Assembly: GCF_000008465.1 (NCBI RefSeq) | Contig: NC_006512.1 | Span: 1,230,001 to 1,262,000 of the forward strand | Origin: Idiomarina loihiensis L2TR | GTDB lineage: Bacteria; Pseudomonadota; Gammaproteobacteria; Enterobacterales; Alteromonadaceae | Reading direction: 5' to 3' | DNA length: 32,000 nucleotides | Shown here: positions 16,574 through 25,157 of the stretch, piece after piece | Layout: each line of letters begins with the position of its first letter | How positions within the stretch are numbered: the first letter of the stretch is position 1 | Position numbers and translations under genes: made by a program | Notes under the pieces: generated by a model | Database searches by the model: none | What the model was told of the DNA's origin: nothing | What the model saw: only the letters and a program-made list of their open reading frames with translations

Positions 16574-17296
16574 ATGAAAGCGTTACACGGTTTATTTATT
16601 CTTCTGGGTTTATTATCTGTCGTGCTGCTGGCTATATCAGGGCCTTTATACAAAAGCGGAACAGCCGAGCTAGGCACGGCATTCTTATTACTGCGCTGGG
16701 CTGCTTATATTGGTGCGGCAACCTTCGTGCTTAACATTATCTGGTACTTTATTCGTCGCCCACAAGGGCTGGTTGCTGGCCTTAGTGGTTTAGCCATTAT
16801 TGCCGGAGGCTTTGCTTTTTATATGCCTTTCAGTCAGTACCTGAAAGCACAGAATGTCCCTGCCATTCACGACATAACAACTGACACACAAAACCCGCCT
16901 GAGTTTGTTGCCATAGCCCCGCTACGTGCAGATGCATCCAACCCGGTTAAATATGCCGGAGAAGAGACCGCGAAAAAACAGCGTCAGGCTTATCCTGAGT
17001 TAAGAACTTACGAGTCACTGGAGTCGCCGAATGAACTCTTCTCGGCTGCATTGTTGGCTGTCGATAAAATGGGCTGGGAGTTAGTGGAAAGCTCAGAAAC
17101 AGAAGGCAGAATTGAAGCTACGGCAACCACTACTTGGTTTGGTTTTAAAGACGACGTAGTGATAAGAGTTCGCAGTACAGTAGATGGTAGCGAGTTAGAT
17201 ATTCGCAGTAAGTCACGTGTGGGCCGTAGCGATGTGGGCAAAAATGCTGAGCGCATTCGTGAGTTTATGTCTTTATTGAAGCCCGAATTACGCTAA
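16574..17296 (+). CDS. DUF1499 domain-containing membrane protein
   Basis: About 3 N-terminal TM helices followed by a DUF1499-type C-terminus (FKDDVVIRVR…IRSKSRVGRSDVGKNAERIREF). Confidence 0.65.
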   Translation: MKALHGLFILLGLLSVVLLAISGPLYKSGTAELGTAFLLLRWAAYIGAATFVLNIIWYFIRRPQGLVAGLSGLAIIAGGFAFYMPFSQYLKAQNVPAIHDITTDTQNPPEFVAIAPLRADASNPVKYAGEETAKKQRQAYPELRTYESLESPNELFSAALLAVDKMGWELVESSETEGRIEATATTTWFGFKDDVVIRVRSTVDGSELDIRSKSRVGRSDVGKNAERIREFMSLLKPELR

Positions 17297-17322
17297 TAGA
17301 AAGTATTACATTGGAAAGTATT

Positions 17323-17347
17323 GGGCCTGACACAAAGCGTCAGGCCC
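17323..17347. terminator. Bidirectional rho-independent terminator between convergent genes
   Basis: GGGCCTGAC-acaaagc-GTCAGGCCC (9-bp GC-rich stem) is followed by TTTCTATTT on the + strand. It lies between the stops at 17296 (+) and 17355 (-). Confidence 0.6.
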
Positions 17348-17354
17348 TTTCTAT

Positions 17355-17954
17355 TTATGGAGCCTTGCGAAGTACCGGTTGCCCATAGTTTTCGTCCAGC
17401 TGTCTAACCGCCGACTCCGGAATAAATACCTGAGCCACACTGGCTACTTCTTTGGTATTGATATTCACTAGTCGGGCGTTAGCCATAACGCCATCCCGGT
17501 GATGAGACAAAGTACCGACCAATACATGAGTAATTGGCATAATCTCATCGAGTTCCAGATAGTCACGAGTTAACGCAAAGTCACCTTTTGGAGTCACCCG
17601 GATAAAGTCAGTCGCTTTAAAGTCGAGAACGCTTAGCTCACGACTGTGTAGCTCCTGCACCAATTGCTCTGACAGCACCATACTTAACGGTGAGCTTTTG
17701 TCATATTGGCCAGTTACTCCAACTAAATTGGTTATACCCACCTTCGCGCTATTCAACCGGATGCTGGCGTTCTTGACCAACTGTTCGGCAAGCTCAGCGC
17801 TGTATCTGGCACTGTATGGCTGAGTATAAATTTCTTCTGCTGCCGCTTTATCTTCCTTGCTCACTTCAGTTTGCGTGACCTCATGCTTAGCCGGCAACAC
17901 AGTGCAAGCACCGAGAGATAACGCAGTAAAACTTAAAAGAATGAATAACTTCAT
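17355..17954 (-). CDS. FlgO-like outer-membrane lipoprotein (paralogue 1)
   Basis: 199 aa with a lipobox-like LSLGAC. The core (…VGITNLV…LSEQLVQELHSRELSVLDF…DFALTRD…HVLVGTLSHHRDGVMANARLVN…EVASVA) fits my recollection of the FlgO family pattern. It lies downstream of a sigma28 promoter. Confidence 0.5.
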   Translation of the reverse strand: MKLFILLSFTALSLGACTVLPAKHEVTQTEVSKEDKAAAEEIYTQPYSARYSAELAEQLVKNASIRLNSAKVGITNLVGVTGQYDKSSPLSMVLSEQLVQELHSRELSVLDFKATDFIRVTPKGDFALTRDYLELDEIMPITHVLVGTLSHHRDGVMANARLVNINTKEVASVAQVFIPESAVRQLDENYGQPVLRKAP

Positions 17955-17968
17955 GACAGTGACTCTCT

Positions 17969-18535
17969 CTAATTACGCTGTAAACGACCGTTAACTAATT
18001 CAGTTTGCTTATTTGGCCAATACAAATGCTTAGGAACATAGCGGTTAGCCGCGGCTAACACTTCTTGATTACGACGGTCGACAATACGCAAATTAACCAT
18101 GGTTCCGGCATCCTTACGAGACAGAGTTCCCACCAGAACCCAGTCAATTTCAGGATGTTGTTCAAGCTCATCTACGTCACGGGAAAGCAGCGTTGCCCCC
18201 TCTTCTGCGACAGAGATGTAAGATTGGGCACGAAACTCAACCAGGCTTAAATTACGCTCTTTAAGATGCGCATAGATGCTTTCGCTTAATTGATGGCTGA
18301 GTTCGTTTAACGAGTCACCCGCTTGCGGCTGCTCAAGCGTTTCCGCCAGCACCCAGCGAGTTACACCTATGTAAGACCCATAGTGAGAATGATTGTCGTG
18401 CGAAAGCTGACTCGCGAGCTGCTCTGCTAAGTCGTCGCCGATAGCTTCGTGGGGGTTGTTAGCATGGGCTGAAACAGAGTTAGCTGTAAACAGAGTCATT
18501 GCGACGAAGGCATAAAACGTAGAACGAAGAAACAT
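17969..18535 (-). CDS. FlgO-like periplasmic/outer-membrane protein (paralogue 2)
   Basis: 188 aa with an SPase-I type signal (…ANSVSA|HA). It is clearly paralogous to 17355-17954: LAEQL…IGVT..V…LSESIYAHLKERNLSLVEF…WVLVGTLSRKDAGTMVNLRIVD…EVLAAA. The gap to paralogue 1 is 14 nt. Confidence 0.5.
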   Translation of the reverse strand: MFLRSTFYAFVAMTLFTANSVSAHANNPHEAIGDDLAEQLASQLSHDNHSHYGSYIGVTRWVLAETLEQPQAGDSLNELSHQLSESIYAHLKERNLSLVEFRAQSYISVAEEGATLLSRDVDELEQHPEIDWVLVGTLSRKDAGTMVNLRIVDRRNQEVLAAANRYVPKHLYWPNKQTELVNGRLQRN

Positions 18536-18567
18536 AAACGCACCTGAATTAAAACGCTAATGTTTCT

Positions 18568-18594
18568 TTATCGGCAGACAGGGAGGAAGATTTA
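18568..18594 (-). promoter_or_regulatory. Consensus sigma28 (FliA) promoter driving the FlgO-like pair
   Basis: The minus strand reads TAAA(18594-18591)-N15-GCCGATAA(18575-18568), an exact match to TAAA-N15-GCCGATAA. It lies 32 nt upstream of the ATG at 18535, in a 60-nt intergenic gap. Confidence 0.6.
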
Positions 18595-18595
18595 G

Positions 18596-19042
18596 TTATT
18601 GTTTCACTGCAAACGGCTTTTCCGTTCTTCTATCAACTGGATGAACATCTATTAAGTATCCATCATAATAAACAAAGGTCATTATTACAGTGATGATTTC
18701 GTCTGCAGCTTCATATGCCAGTGTAGTAGCTTCTGAGCAAGCGCCTGACGAGCAAGGCGCTGGCGGGACTTCATCGATGACACCAGAAGACCTGCTTTTT
18801 TTAATAAATTCTGATTCGCTCACCAACACAGCGGAACTATCAAGTTCAAATGTTTGACTGGTAATAACGTCTCTTTCCCCCTCCCAAACAGCCACAGTGG
18901 CTTGGTCAATTTTTTTGTCATGAAAAATATCACTGCAAGCTGTTTTTTCACAAGATGGAAGTCCATCCGAGCCGGCATTTGCAAAACTGACTAACAATAT
19001 ACTAAGTGCAGTTATTATTAACGGGTGAACTTTGAGGGACAT
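18596..19042 (-). CDS. Hypothetical secreted protein with two CxxxxC motifs
   Basis: 148 aa with signal peptide (…LVSFANA|GS), motifs CEKTAC and CSSGAC, and an SD (AGGAGAG) upstream. I recognise no family. Confidence 0.5.
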   Translation of the reverse strand: MSLKVHPLIITALSILLVSFANAGSDGLPSCEKTACSDIFHDKKIDQATVAVWEGERDVITSQTFELDSSAVLVSESEFIKKSRSSGVIDEVPPAPCSSGACSEATTLAYEAADEIITVIMTFVYYDGYLIDVHPVDRRTEKPFAVKQ

Positions 19043-19140
19043 ATGACTCTCCTTGTACTAATAGCTAAATGTAGAAAAATCTTTGATTTAGCGTAGTTCT
19101 TACGGCGGCCTTTTCAATAAAAACATGTTAATCACTGGTT

Positions 19141-19172
19141 TAGGCTTGGCTCACTATAAAAAGCCAAGCCTA
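19141..19172 (-). terminator. Long hairpin downstream of the S9 peptidase gene
   Basis: TAGGCTTGGCT-N10-AGCCAAGCCTA (11-bp perfect stem) lies 10 nt after the stop at 19182. There is no clear U-tract on the minus strand. Confidence 0.4.
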
Positions 19173-19181
19173 TTACTTCTC

Positions 19182-21131
19182 TTAATTAAGGTGTTTATTG
19201 AAAAACTGGACTAGTCGAGGGTAAAGCTCAAATTTATTTTCTTCCTTTTGAAAGCCATGCCCTTCTTCTCTAACTAACGTTTTATAGTTAATACCATGCT
19301 TATCAAAAGCTTGCGTAAGCTGTTCAAAATGACTCATAGGCACTCGAACATCTTCGCTACCGTGAACCAAAAACACAGGTACCTTAATATTGTCAGCTTG
19401 ATAAACTGGTGAATTAGCTCTCAATTCGGATTCGTTTTCGCCAATAACCTCACGCAAGTATTTAACGCCGGAATCTGATTCTGGTATGTCTCCATCCTCA
19501 TACATTAATGGAAGAGAGTACACTCCTACATAGCCAACAGCGCACTGATATAAATCAGGCTCCCTGATCACACCCATTAAAGACGAGTAACCACCGTAGC
19601 TTGCTCCGTAAATACAGATTTTGCCTTCGTCTGCGTAACCATTTTCTATCGCCCAATGCGTTGCATCAGTCACATCATCTTGCATTTTTCGCCCCCATTC
19701 GCCGTATCCAGACTCCAGGAACTCTTTTCCGTAACCACCTGAGCCACGGAAATTTATTTGTAATACGGCAAAGCCATTTGCTGCAAAATACTGGTTCTCG
19801 GTGTTAAACCCCCAATAATCACGAACACCGTGTGGCCCGCCATGAACTTTTACAATTAGCGGTGCAGGCGCATCGCTCTTTTTCTTCGGCATGGTCAAAT
19901 ATCCATTCAGCTCGACGCCATCTCGTGCGTTAAAGCGAATAGGTTGCATGTTGGCCATTTGGCTCGATTTTAAGTTCTCCAACCGCGCAGCGATAAACTT
20001 CGCTTCCAAGGTCTCGGTATCAAACAAATAAAATTCACCAGGATTCACATCAGAACGGGTATAAATAACTGCTTGCTTCTGATCTTTTGTTGCGCTTGTA
20101 ATAGTTACGCGTTGCCCACCAAAGGCCTTACTAATTGATTGCAATAATTTAGTTGCTTTACTGCTCTCGATATATTCTCGGGTAAAAGTATCGGGCACAA
20201 ACTCAAAACCAACCACGTTACCATCCAAGCCCTTAACCACACTATTCACATCAGAATTTGAATCATGGGTTAGCTGCTCAATCGCACGCGTTTTCGTGTC
20301 AAACTTATAGACTTCCTGCACATTTGAGTCCATGTCCGAAAAAATATACGTATAGCGATTGTCATCGGAAAAGCCAGCAAACCGCAGCGTATCGCCGGGT
20401 ACAAACGAGTCAATGGTTAACCGCTCCCAGCTATCGCCTCCATATGGTTTAAAATATAAATTCGAACTACCTTGGCCAAACTCATCATCACTTGACTCTT
20501 CGTACGCGTAACCTAGGCGCAAATTACCTTCGTTGTCAGCGAACAACTGCTGTGAATTATCTGGCTGATCAGCTATATAGCGTATTTTTCCCGTATGGAT
20601 ATTGATAATATGGGATTTCGGCTGACCTTTGTCACGCCAAAAGTAGCGAGCGATCAAAATATGATCCGGGTCGTTAGGTAATAAGCTTAATAGTTCAAAG
20701 CCCGCAACATCCCAGGTGAAAATTTCTTTGCGCAGACGCCCATCAGCATTTGCCGCATATAAATTCGGGAAGCCTTCGCGGTCATCATACAAACCAACTC
20801 GCGTGCGAGCTTGAAAGATAAACCGCTCATCAGTGACCCAATAAACTTCTGAGATTCGTTTGTTTTCACCGACTTCGAAGCTGCTAATTGGTTTGTTAGT
20901 AGCACGGTCAATCACGACTAGTCGGTCACGATCACCAGCATCAGAGTTAATCAGGTAATACTCACCAGTTGGTGAAATTTTAAGCTCATTGTAGACAGTA
21001 TTTGAAAAAAAATCTTTTACGTTTACTGCGTTGGGTCGGTCTTGTTGTTCCGCATGTACAACTGTTGGCATGAAGGCAAGTGACAAAAATCCCACTATAA
21101 AAACCATCGTTATAACTCTAATAATCGTCAT
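19182..21131 (-). CDS. S9-family serine peptidase (prolyl oligopeptidase / dipeptidyl-peptidase type), secreted
   Basis: 649 aa with a signal peptide and an N-terminal propeller-like region. The C-terminal alpha/beta hydrolase carries GASYGGY (nucleophile Ser), HGSEDVRVP (Asp) and EGHGF (His). Confidence 0.85.
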   Translation of the reverse strand: MTIIRVITMVFIVGFLSLAFMPTVVHAEQQDRPNAVNVKDFFSNTVYNELKISPTGEYYLINSDAGDRDRLVVIDRATNKPISSFEVGENKRISEVYWVTDERFIFQARTRVGLYDDREGFPNLYAANADGRLRKEIFTWDVAGFELLSLLPNDPDHILIARYFWRDKGQPKSHIINIHTGKIRYIADQPDNSQQLFADNEGNLRLGYAYEESSDDEFGQGSSNLYFKPYGGDSWERLTIDSFVPGDTLRFAGFSDDNRYTYIFSDMDSNVQEVYKFDTKTRAIEQLTHDSNSDVNSVVKGLDGNVVGFEFVPDTFTREYIESSKATKLLQSISKAFGGQRVTITSATKDQKQAVIYTRSDVNPGEFYLFDTETLEAKFIAARLENLKSSQMANMQPIRFNARDGVELNGYLTMPKKKSDAPAPLIVKVHGGPHGVRDYWGFNTENQYFAANGFAVLQINFRGSGGYGKEFLESGYGEWGRKMQDDVTDATHWAIENGYADEGKICIYGASYGGYSSLMGVIREPDLYQCAVGYVGVYSLPLMYEDGDIPESDSGVKYLREVIGENESELRANSPVYQADNIKVPVFLVHGSEDVRVPMSHFEQLTQAFDKHGINYKTLVREEGHGFQKEENKFELYPRLVQFFNKHLN

Positions 21132-21158
21132 TAGTTACTCCACGATCGAACGACAATT

Positions 21159-21194
21159 AAAAAAGCCTAGTTTCGAAAAAATCCGAAACCAGGC
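21159..21194 (-). terminator. Rho-independent terminator after the TBDR gene at 21257-23980
   Basis: The minus strand reads GCCTGGTTTCG-gatttttt-CGAAACTAGGC followed by TTTTTT. Confidence 0.6.
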
Positions 21195-21256
21195 CTTTTA
21201 CTCGCTAAACTCTTTAAATTAACAGAGCCTCACTTTGTTTTCTAACACTCAACTTC

Positions 21257-23980
21257 CTAGAAGTTTTGAGTATAACGTAAGTAAGGTACACGACCCCACG
21301 GATTGTAGATTTCGGAATCGTAGCTAGTACCGAACAACGATGCATCAGCTGGAGCACGGTCAGTTAAGTTGTTAACACCAAAAGAGACAGTCGCATCCCA
21401 TGGTGTAGCATAATTAACTTGCACGTTGTGGACAGTCCAGCTTGGAATGTTATAAGTATCGATGTACGTAGTACCATCTGTGTACTGGATGTTCCAGTTT
21501 ACAGAAAAGTCACCAACGGCCAGTGCGTTGTTCAATGACGCGCGTAGTTCGGGAGCCCCGTACTTACCAGCATCGTTTTCACCACCATTGGCCGAGTAGT
21601 TATTTACATAACTAGCCTGGAAGTTGTTGGTTAAAGTACCGAAACCTAAGTCAAAGTTAGTGCGTGTGGTGAAGTCAAAGCCATCAGTCTCAACGCTACC
21701 GATGTTAACCATACCTAACTGTGCACCAACTATTGCGTTGTCCACATCGTTACCAGCAAACGCGACACCAACACCCAATGATGGGTCAGGAATAGTCGTA
21801 CCTTGCTGGAATTGGCTGATACCTGATGGACACAAGGTACCTTCACCACGTAAACAGTTAGCAGCTTGTTGTAAACCGATGCTACTGATGCTGTTAGTGA
21901 TTTCAATATCGTAGTAATCAACGCTCATGTTTAGCCAATCATTGGCTTCCCAGACGATACCTAAGCCTAACTGTTCTGAGTTCTCTGATTCGAGGTTTAC
22001 GTTACCTAAGCTATAGGTATTAACCTGGACACTTGAATCGCCAGTACAAGGTGCACCATTTTGAGCAATACACGTCGCTTCATCGTTGGTATATGCAGCA
22101 CTAAACGCTGGTTCAGAAGTCAAGTCGCTCAAAGTAGGAGCACGGAAACCTTCGCCCCATGAACCTCGAACCAATACGCTGTCGGTTGGACGCCAGCGAA
22201 CCGCTACTTTCGGAGAGAAGTCACTACCGTAGTCACTATAGTCATCGTAACGACCTGCGACTTCAATATCAACTGAATCCAATACTGGGAACAACATTTC
22301 TCCATAAAGCGCAGTTACATCACGTTCGCCCCCTGCTGATGCACCTGATGAACCAGACACCTGACCCGCTGCAGACAACAAATCATACTTATCTTGGTAC
22401 TTTTCTTCACGATACTCAATACCGAAAGCAGCAGAAGAAACGCCAGCAGCCATCTCAAACATGTCAAAGTTTGTGTTCGCGTATAACTCTTTAACAGTCG
22501 AGAACATGTCACGGCTAGTTGTAGTAGTCATACCCAATGCAGATGGATCACCTTCAACGGCGTTACCTGTATCTGGGTCATAAACAGTAAATGGGTCGTA
22601 AATGTTATAAGTACCGTCAGCAATTAACGGTTGCGCCAGACCTGCAACAACATAGTTATTACCTAAGTTGATTGCACGTGACGTTACATAACGAGCACCG
22701 AAGTCAAGGCCGACGTTACCGATCATACCTTTAAAACCACCATCGAAGCTGGTCGTGGTGTTTTCTACGTTGTTGTCACGCGGGCCTAATGCCGCAAAAC
22801 GATGATACAAAGACAGTGTTTCGTCAGCAATGCTCTGATAATACGGATCAGCTGCATTCGAGTTGTAACCGTCTAAATTACCTGGGTGGTTCGGGCTATC
22901 TGGAGTAATCTCGATAGCGCCACCTGGCCACGGTGAAGAAGGTAGTGGTGCAAAACGACCAAAACTTTCTACTTTGTTCAAGCTCCCGCTGAAATACACA
23001 TTCCAGTCATTGTTGATCTGATAGTCACCACGACCAAATAGTGAAGTATTCTTTACACTAGTCAAATTCGCAGAACTTGCAGCATGGTTAAACCCACAGT
23101 TGTCATTGGGTTTCATGAAGAACAAGTCACTGTCATCACCATTGGTACATAAGCCAGGTACCGCAGTACCGAATTCGGGGTGTTCTAAACGGTTATTGGC
23201 ACCAACACTAGGGGCATGCCCAGTGACTGGGTCTTTAATACCAAAGTTATTAGAATAGTTCGAACCTGGTGGATTTTCTGGATCATACCAGTAGTCGCGG
23301 TCACGAGTGAAAATAACGTCACGTTTGTTCATTGAAGCACCAAGTAATACGCGGCTCTTCGCGTTTGAGCTACCGATTACTATGCTCATTTCTTCAGTGT
23401 CACCACCGTCGTTAGTCGGGCGACCAACACCGTAAGTAACACTGACACCTTCGAAGTCCTTACGTGTAATGACGTTCACAACACCACCGATTGCATCAGA
23501 ACCGTATACAGCAGAAGCACCGTCACTCAATACCTCAATACGCTCAACTGCTGCCATAGGAATAGAGTTCAAATCCTGCCCTGAGCCCAAAATAGGTGAG
23601 GTCGGTGCACGGCGCCCATCTATCAAAATAAGCGTTCGACCCGCGCCTAAACCACGTAAACTCACTTGCGCTGCACCACCACCAGAACTACCCGAAGTAG
23701 ACTGATAAGAACCGAACGAGTTGAAGTTAGTATCACGCATATAGTCAGCAACAGAAATATCACCGCTGGCTTCAAGCTCAACACGATCAATTACCGTTAC
23801 CGGCAATGCACCTTCCATATCAGTACGGTTCAAACGCGAACCAGTAACCTGGATACGCTCTACTTCTTCTTCCGCATTCACGTCTGTTTGCGCGTCTTGC
23901 GCAATTGCTAATGCAGGAAAACCTAAAGACGCAGCTACTGCTGCTGCCGTTAAGCTTTTACGAAATGTCATATTTTTCAT
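21257..23980 (-). CDS. TonB-dependent outer-membrane receptor (paralogue A)
   Basis: 907 aa with signal peptide MKNMTFRKSLTAAAVAASLGFPALAIA|QD. TonB-box/plug region ERIQVTGSRLNRTDMEGALPVTVI, plus GRTLILIDGRR and the terminal …YTQNF. Confidence 0.9.
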   Translation of the reverse strand: MKNMTFRKSLTAAAVAASLGFPALAIAQDAQTDVNAEEEVERIQVTGSRLNRTDMEGALPVTVIDRVELEASGDISVADYMRDTNFNSFGSYQSTSGSSGGGAAQVSLRGLGAGRTLILIDGRRAPTSPILGSGQDLNSIPMAAVERIEVLSDGASAVYGSDAIGGVVNVITRKDFEGVSVTYGVGRPTNDGGDTEEMSIVIGSSNAKSRVLLGASMNKRDVIFTRDRDYWYDPENPPGSNYSNNFGIKDPVTGHAPSVGANNRLEHPEFGTAVPGLCTNGDDSDLFFMKPNDNCGFNHAASSANLTSVKNTSLFGRGDYQINNDWNVYFSGSLNKVESFGRFAPLPSSPWPGGAIEITPDSPNHPGNLDGYNSNAADPYYQSIADETLSLYHRFAALGPRDNNVENTTTSFDGGFKGMIGNVGLDFGARYVTSRAINLGNNYVVAGLAQPLIADGTYNIYDPFTVYDPDTGNAVEGDPSALGMTTTTSRDMFSTVKELYANTNFDMFEMAAGVSSAAFGIEYREEKYQDKYDLLSAAGQVSGSSGASAGGERDVTALYGEMLFPVLDSVDIEVAGRYDDYSDYGSDFSPKVAVRWRPTDSVLVRGSWGEGFRAPTLSDLTSEPAFSAAYTNDEATCIAQNGAPCTGDSSVQVNTYSLGNVNLESENSEQLGLGIVWEANDWLNMSVDYYDIEITNSISSIGLQQAANCLRGEGTLCPSGISQFQQGTTIPDPSLGVGVAFAGNDVDNAIVGAQLGMVNIGSVETDGFDFTTRTNFDLGFGTLTNNFQASYVNNYSANGGENDAGKYGAPELRASLNNALAVGDFSVNWNIQYTDGTTYIDTYNIPSWTVHNVQVNYATPWDATVSFGVNNLTDRAPADASLFGTSYDSEIYNPWGRVPYLRYTQNF

Positions 23981-24108
23981 GAGTAAAAACTCCCTGGAAC
24001 GTTTTTATTATATCGCTTCTTTTATAGAAGCTGTTTAGAATCTAACAGGAAGTTAAAAGGTTGTAAACTTTTAGTGTTAATTTTGTTGTTATTGTTTGGT
24101 AAGTGTTA

Positions 24109-24140
24109 AACAAGGCTTCAAATAAGCCTTGTTGTTTTTT
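24109..24140. terminator. Hairpin at the 3' end of the methyltransferase gene
   Basis: AACAAGGCTT-caaat-AAGCCTTGTT. The T-tract (GTTTTTT) is on the + strand, while the adjacent genes are on the - strand, where the stem is preceded by an A-tract instead. Confidence 0.4.
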
Positions 24141-25055
24141 TCATTTAGAGGCCGTAACGCAACTACCAACCACTCCCGTTTCAGGAAAGGCGACGGTCTG
24201 AACCGTTACATTTTTAAAACCCGCGCTTTCGAAAAGTGCTGCAGTATTAGCTATATCACCTAATTGCTCGGTTGCTCTTAGCAAACTAACCAACCGGGCT
24301 TTGTGTTCATTTATCGCGTTGATATAACCCGAAAGTACTCTGTGCGATTCGTCTGACTTACCCTCTGCCGCGGCCTGCAACGCGTGTTTTGTTGCCGGAA
24401 CGAAGTTCATAGCCTGAAAAGCGCCGTATCGCTCATATTTTTTAGCGAATTGGTTTAGGTTGTGTTGTTCCTGTAGCGCAGATTTTGGCAAATTATTGGG
24501 GCCATGTTTTAACAAAGCTTCCTGAAGCGGCATTACCGATTTCTTAAGTTGTTTAAGCACAGAAGGGATAAATTCAAACAGTGCTTTACTATTTTTATAG
24601 ATATTCGATTCGGTTGAGTGCACTAAGGCAATAACACTCCCGCCACGCTTAAGCTGCAGGTATAAATTTTCAAGCCCGGTTTGCATATCACCATATTCAA
24701 GACCAAAGTGAGAAACGAAAGTGCCCACTTTTTTATTCGATGGCAGTTTAAAAGCTTCATAGGGCGTCTCGGCGTGTAGCTTCAGCGTATCATTAAAAGG
24801 CTTTAGCTCTGCTGAATCTATTCCCAGCACATCCAGCTTTTTTCCTTTTTCTTGCGAATATTCTGTTAACCAATGCACAACAATACCGTTACCAGTACCT
24901 ACGTCCACAATTGGTTGTTTAAGCTCATTTTCATCCATGCGTTCAAACCAAAATTTTCGCATTTGGTAGGCCTGTAGGCGTGCTTTGCCATCCAAAAAGC
25001 TGGCTTTTGCACCTTTTTGCCAATAGTCACTCCACGGATTTTTTGTTGTTTTCAT
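24141..25055 (-). CDS. Class I SAM-dependent methyltransferase
   Basis: 304 aa with motif I VDVGTGNGIV and post-I LDVLGIDS. The substrate is not inferable. Confidence 0.7.
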   Translation of the reverse strand: MKTTKNPWSDYWQKGAKASFLDGKARLQAYQMRKFWFERMDENELKQPIVDVGTGNGIVVHWLTEYSQEKGKKLDVLGIDSAELKPFNDTLKLHAETPYEAFKLPSNKKVGTFVSHFGLEYGDMQTGLENLYLQLKRGGSVIALVHSTESNIYKNSKALFEFIPSVLKQLKKSVMPLQEALLKHGPNNLPKSALQEQHNLNQFAKKYERYGAFQAMNFVPATKHALQAAAEGKSDESHRVLSGYINAINEHKARLVSLLRATEQLGDIANTAALFESAGFKNVTVQTVAFPETGVVGSCVTASK

Positions 25056-25101
25056 TGTTATACACTCCAGTACTACTGCAACGATACTTTCATGCTACCA
25101 C

Positions 25102-25129
25102 AAAAAAGCCCGGCTCAAAGAGCCGGGCT
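25102..25129 (-). terminator. Rho-independent terminator after the TBDR gene at 25158-27869
   Basis: The minus strand reads AGCCCGGCTC-ttt-GAGCCGGGCT followed by TTTTTTG. Confidence 0.65.
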
Positions 25130-25157
25130 GCTGTTTTATAACGCTCTAAAAAGACTA

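Noticed and set aside
814-17347. The hairpins at 814-831 and 17323-17347 share a CCTGAC…GTCAGG core; possibly a REP-like repeat family.
   Set aside because: There are only two copies in 32 kb, with different loops and stem extensions. The other terminator hairpins in the window use unrelated stems. This is probably coincidence.
3478-17354. A classical tRNA-targeted genomic island downstream of tRNA-Arg(CCT).
   Set aside because: There is no integrase, excisionase or transposase gene. I found no direct repeat of the tRNA 3' end by eye in the intergenic regions. The content is metabolic and transport genes with GC similar to the flagellar genes. I keep it only as a weak synteny question, not as a mobile-element call.
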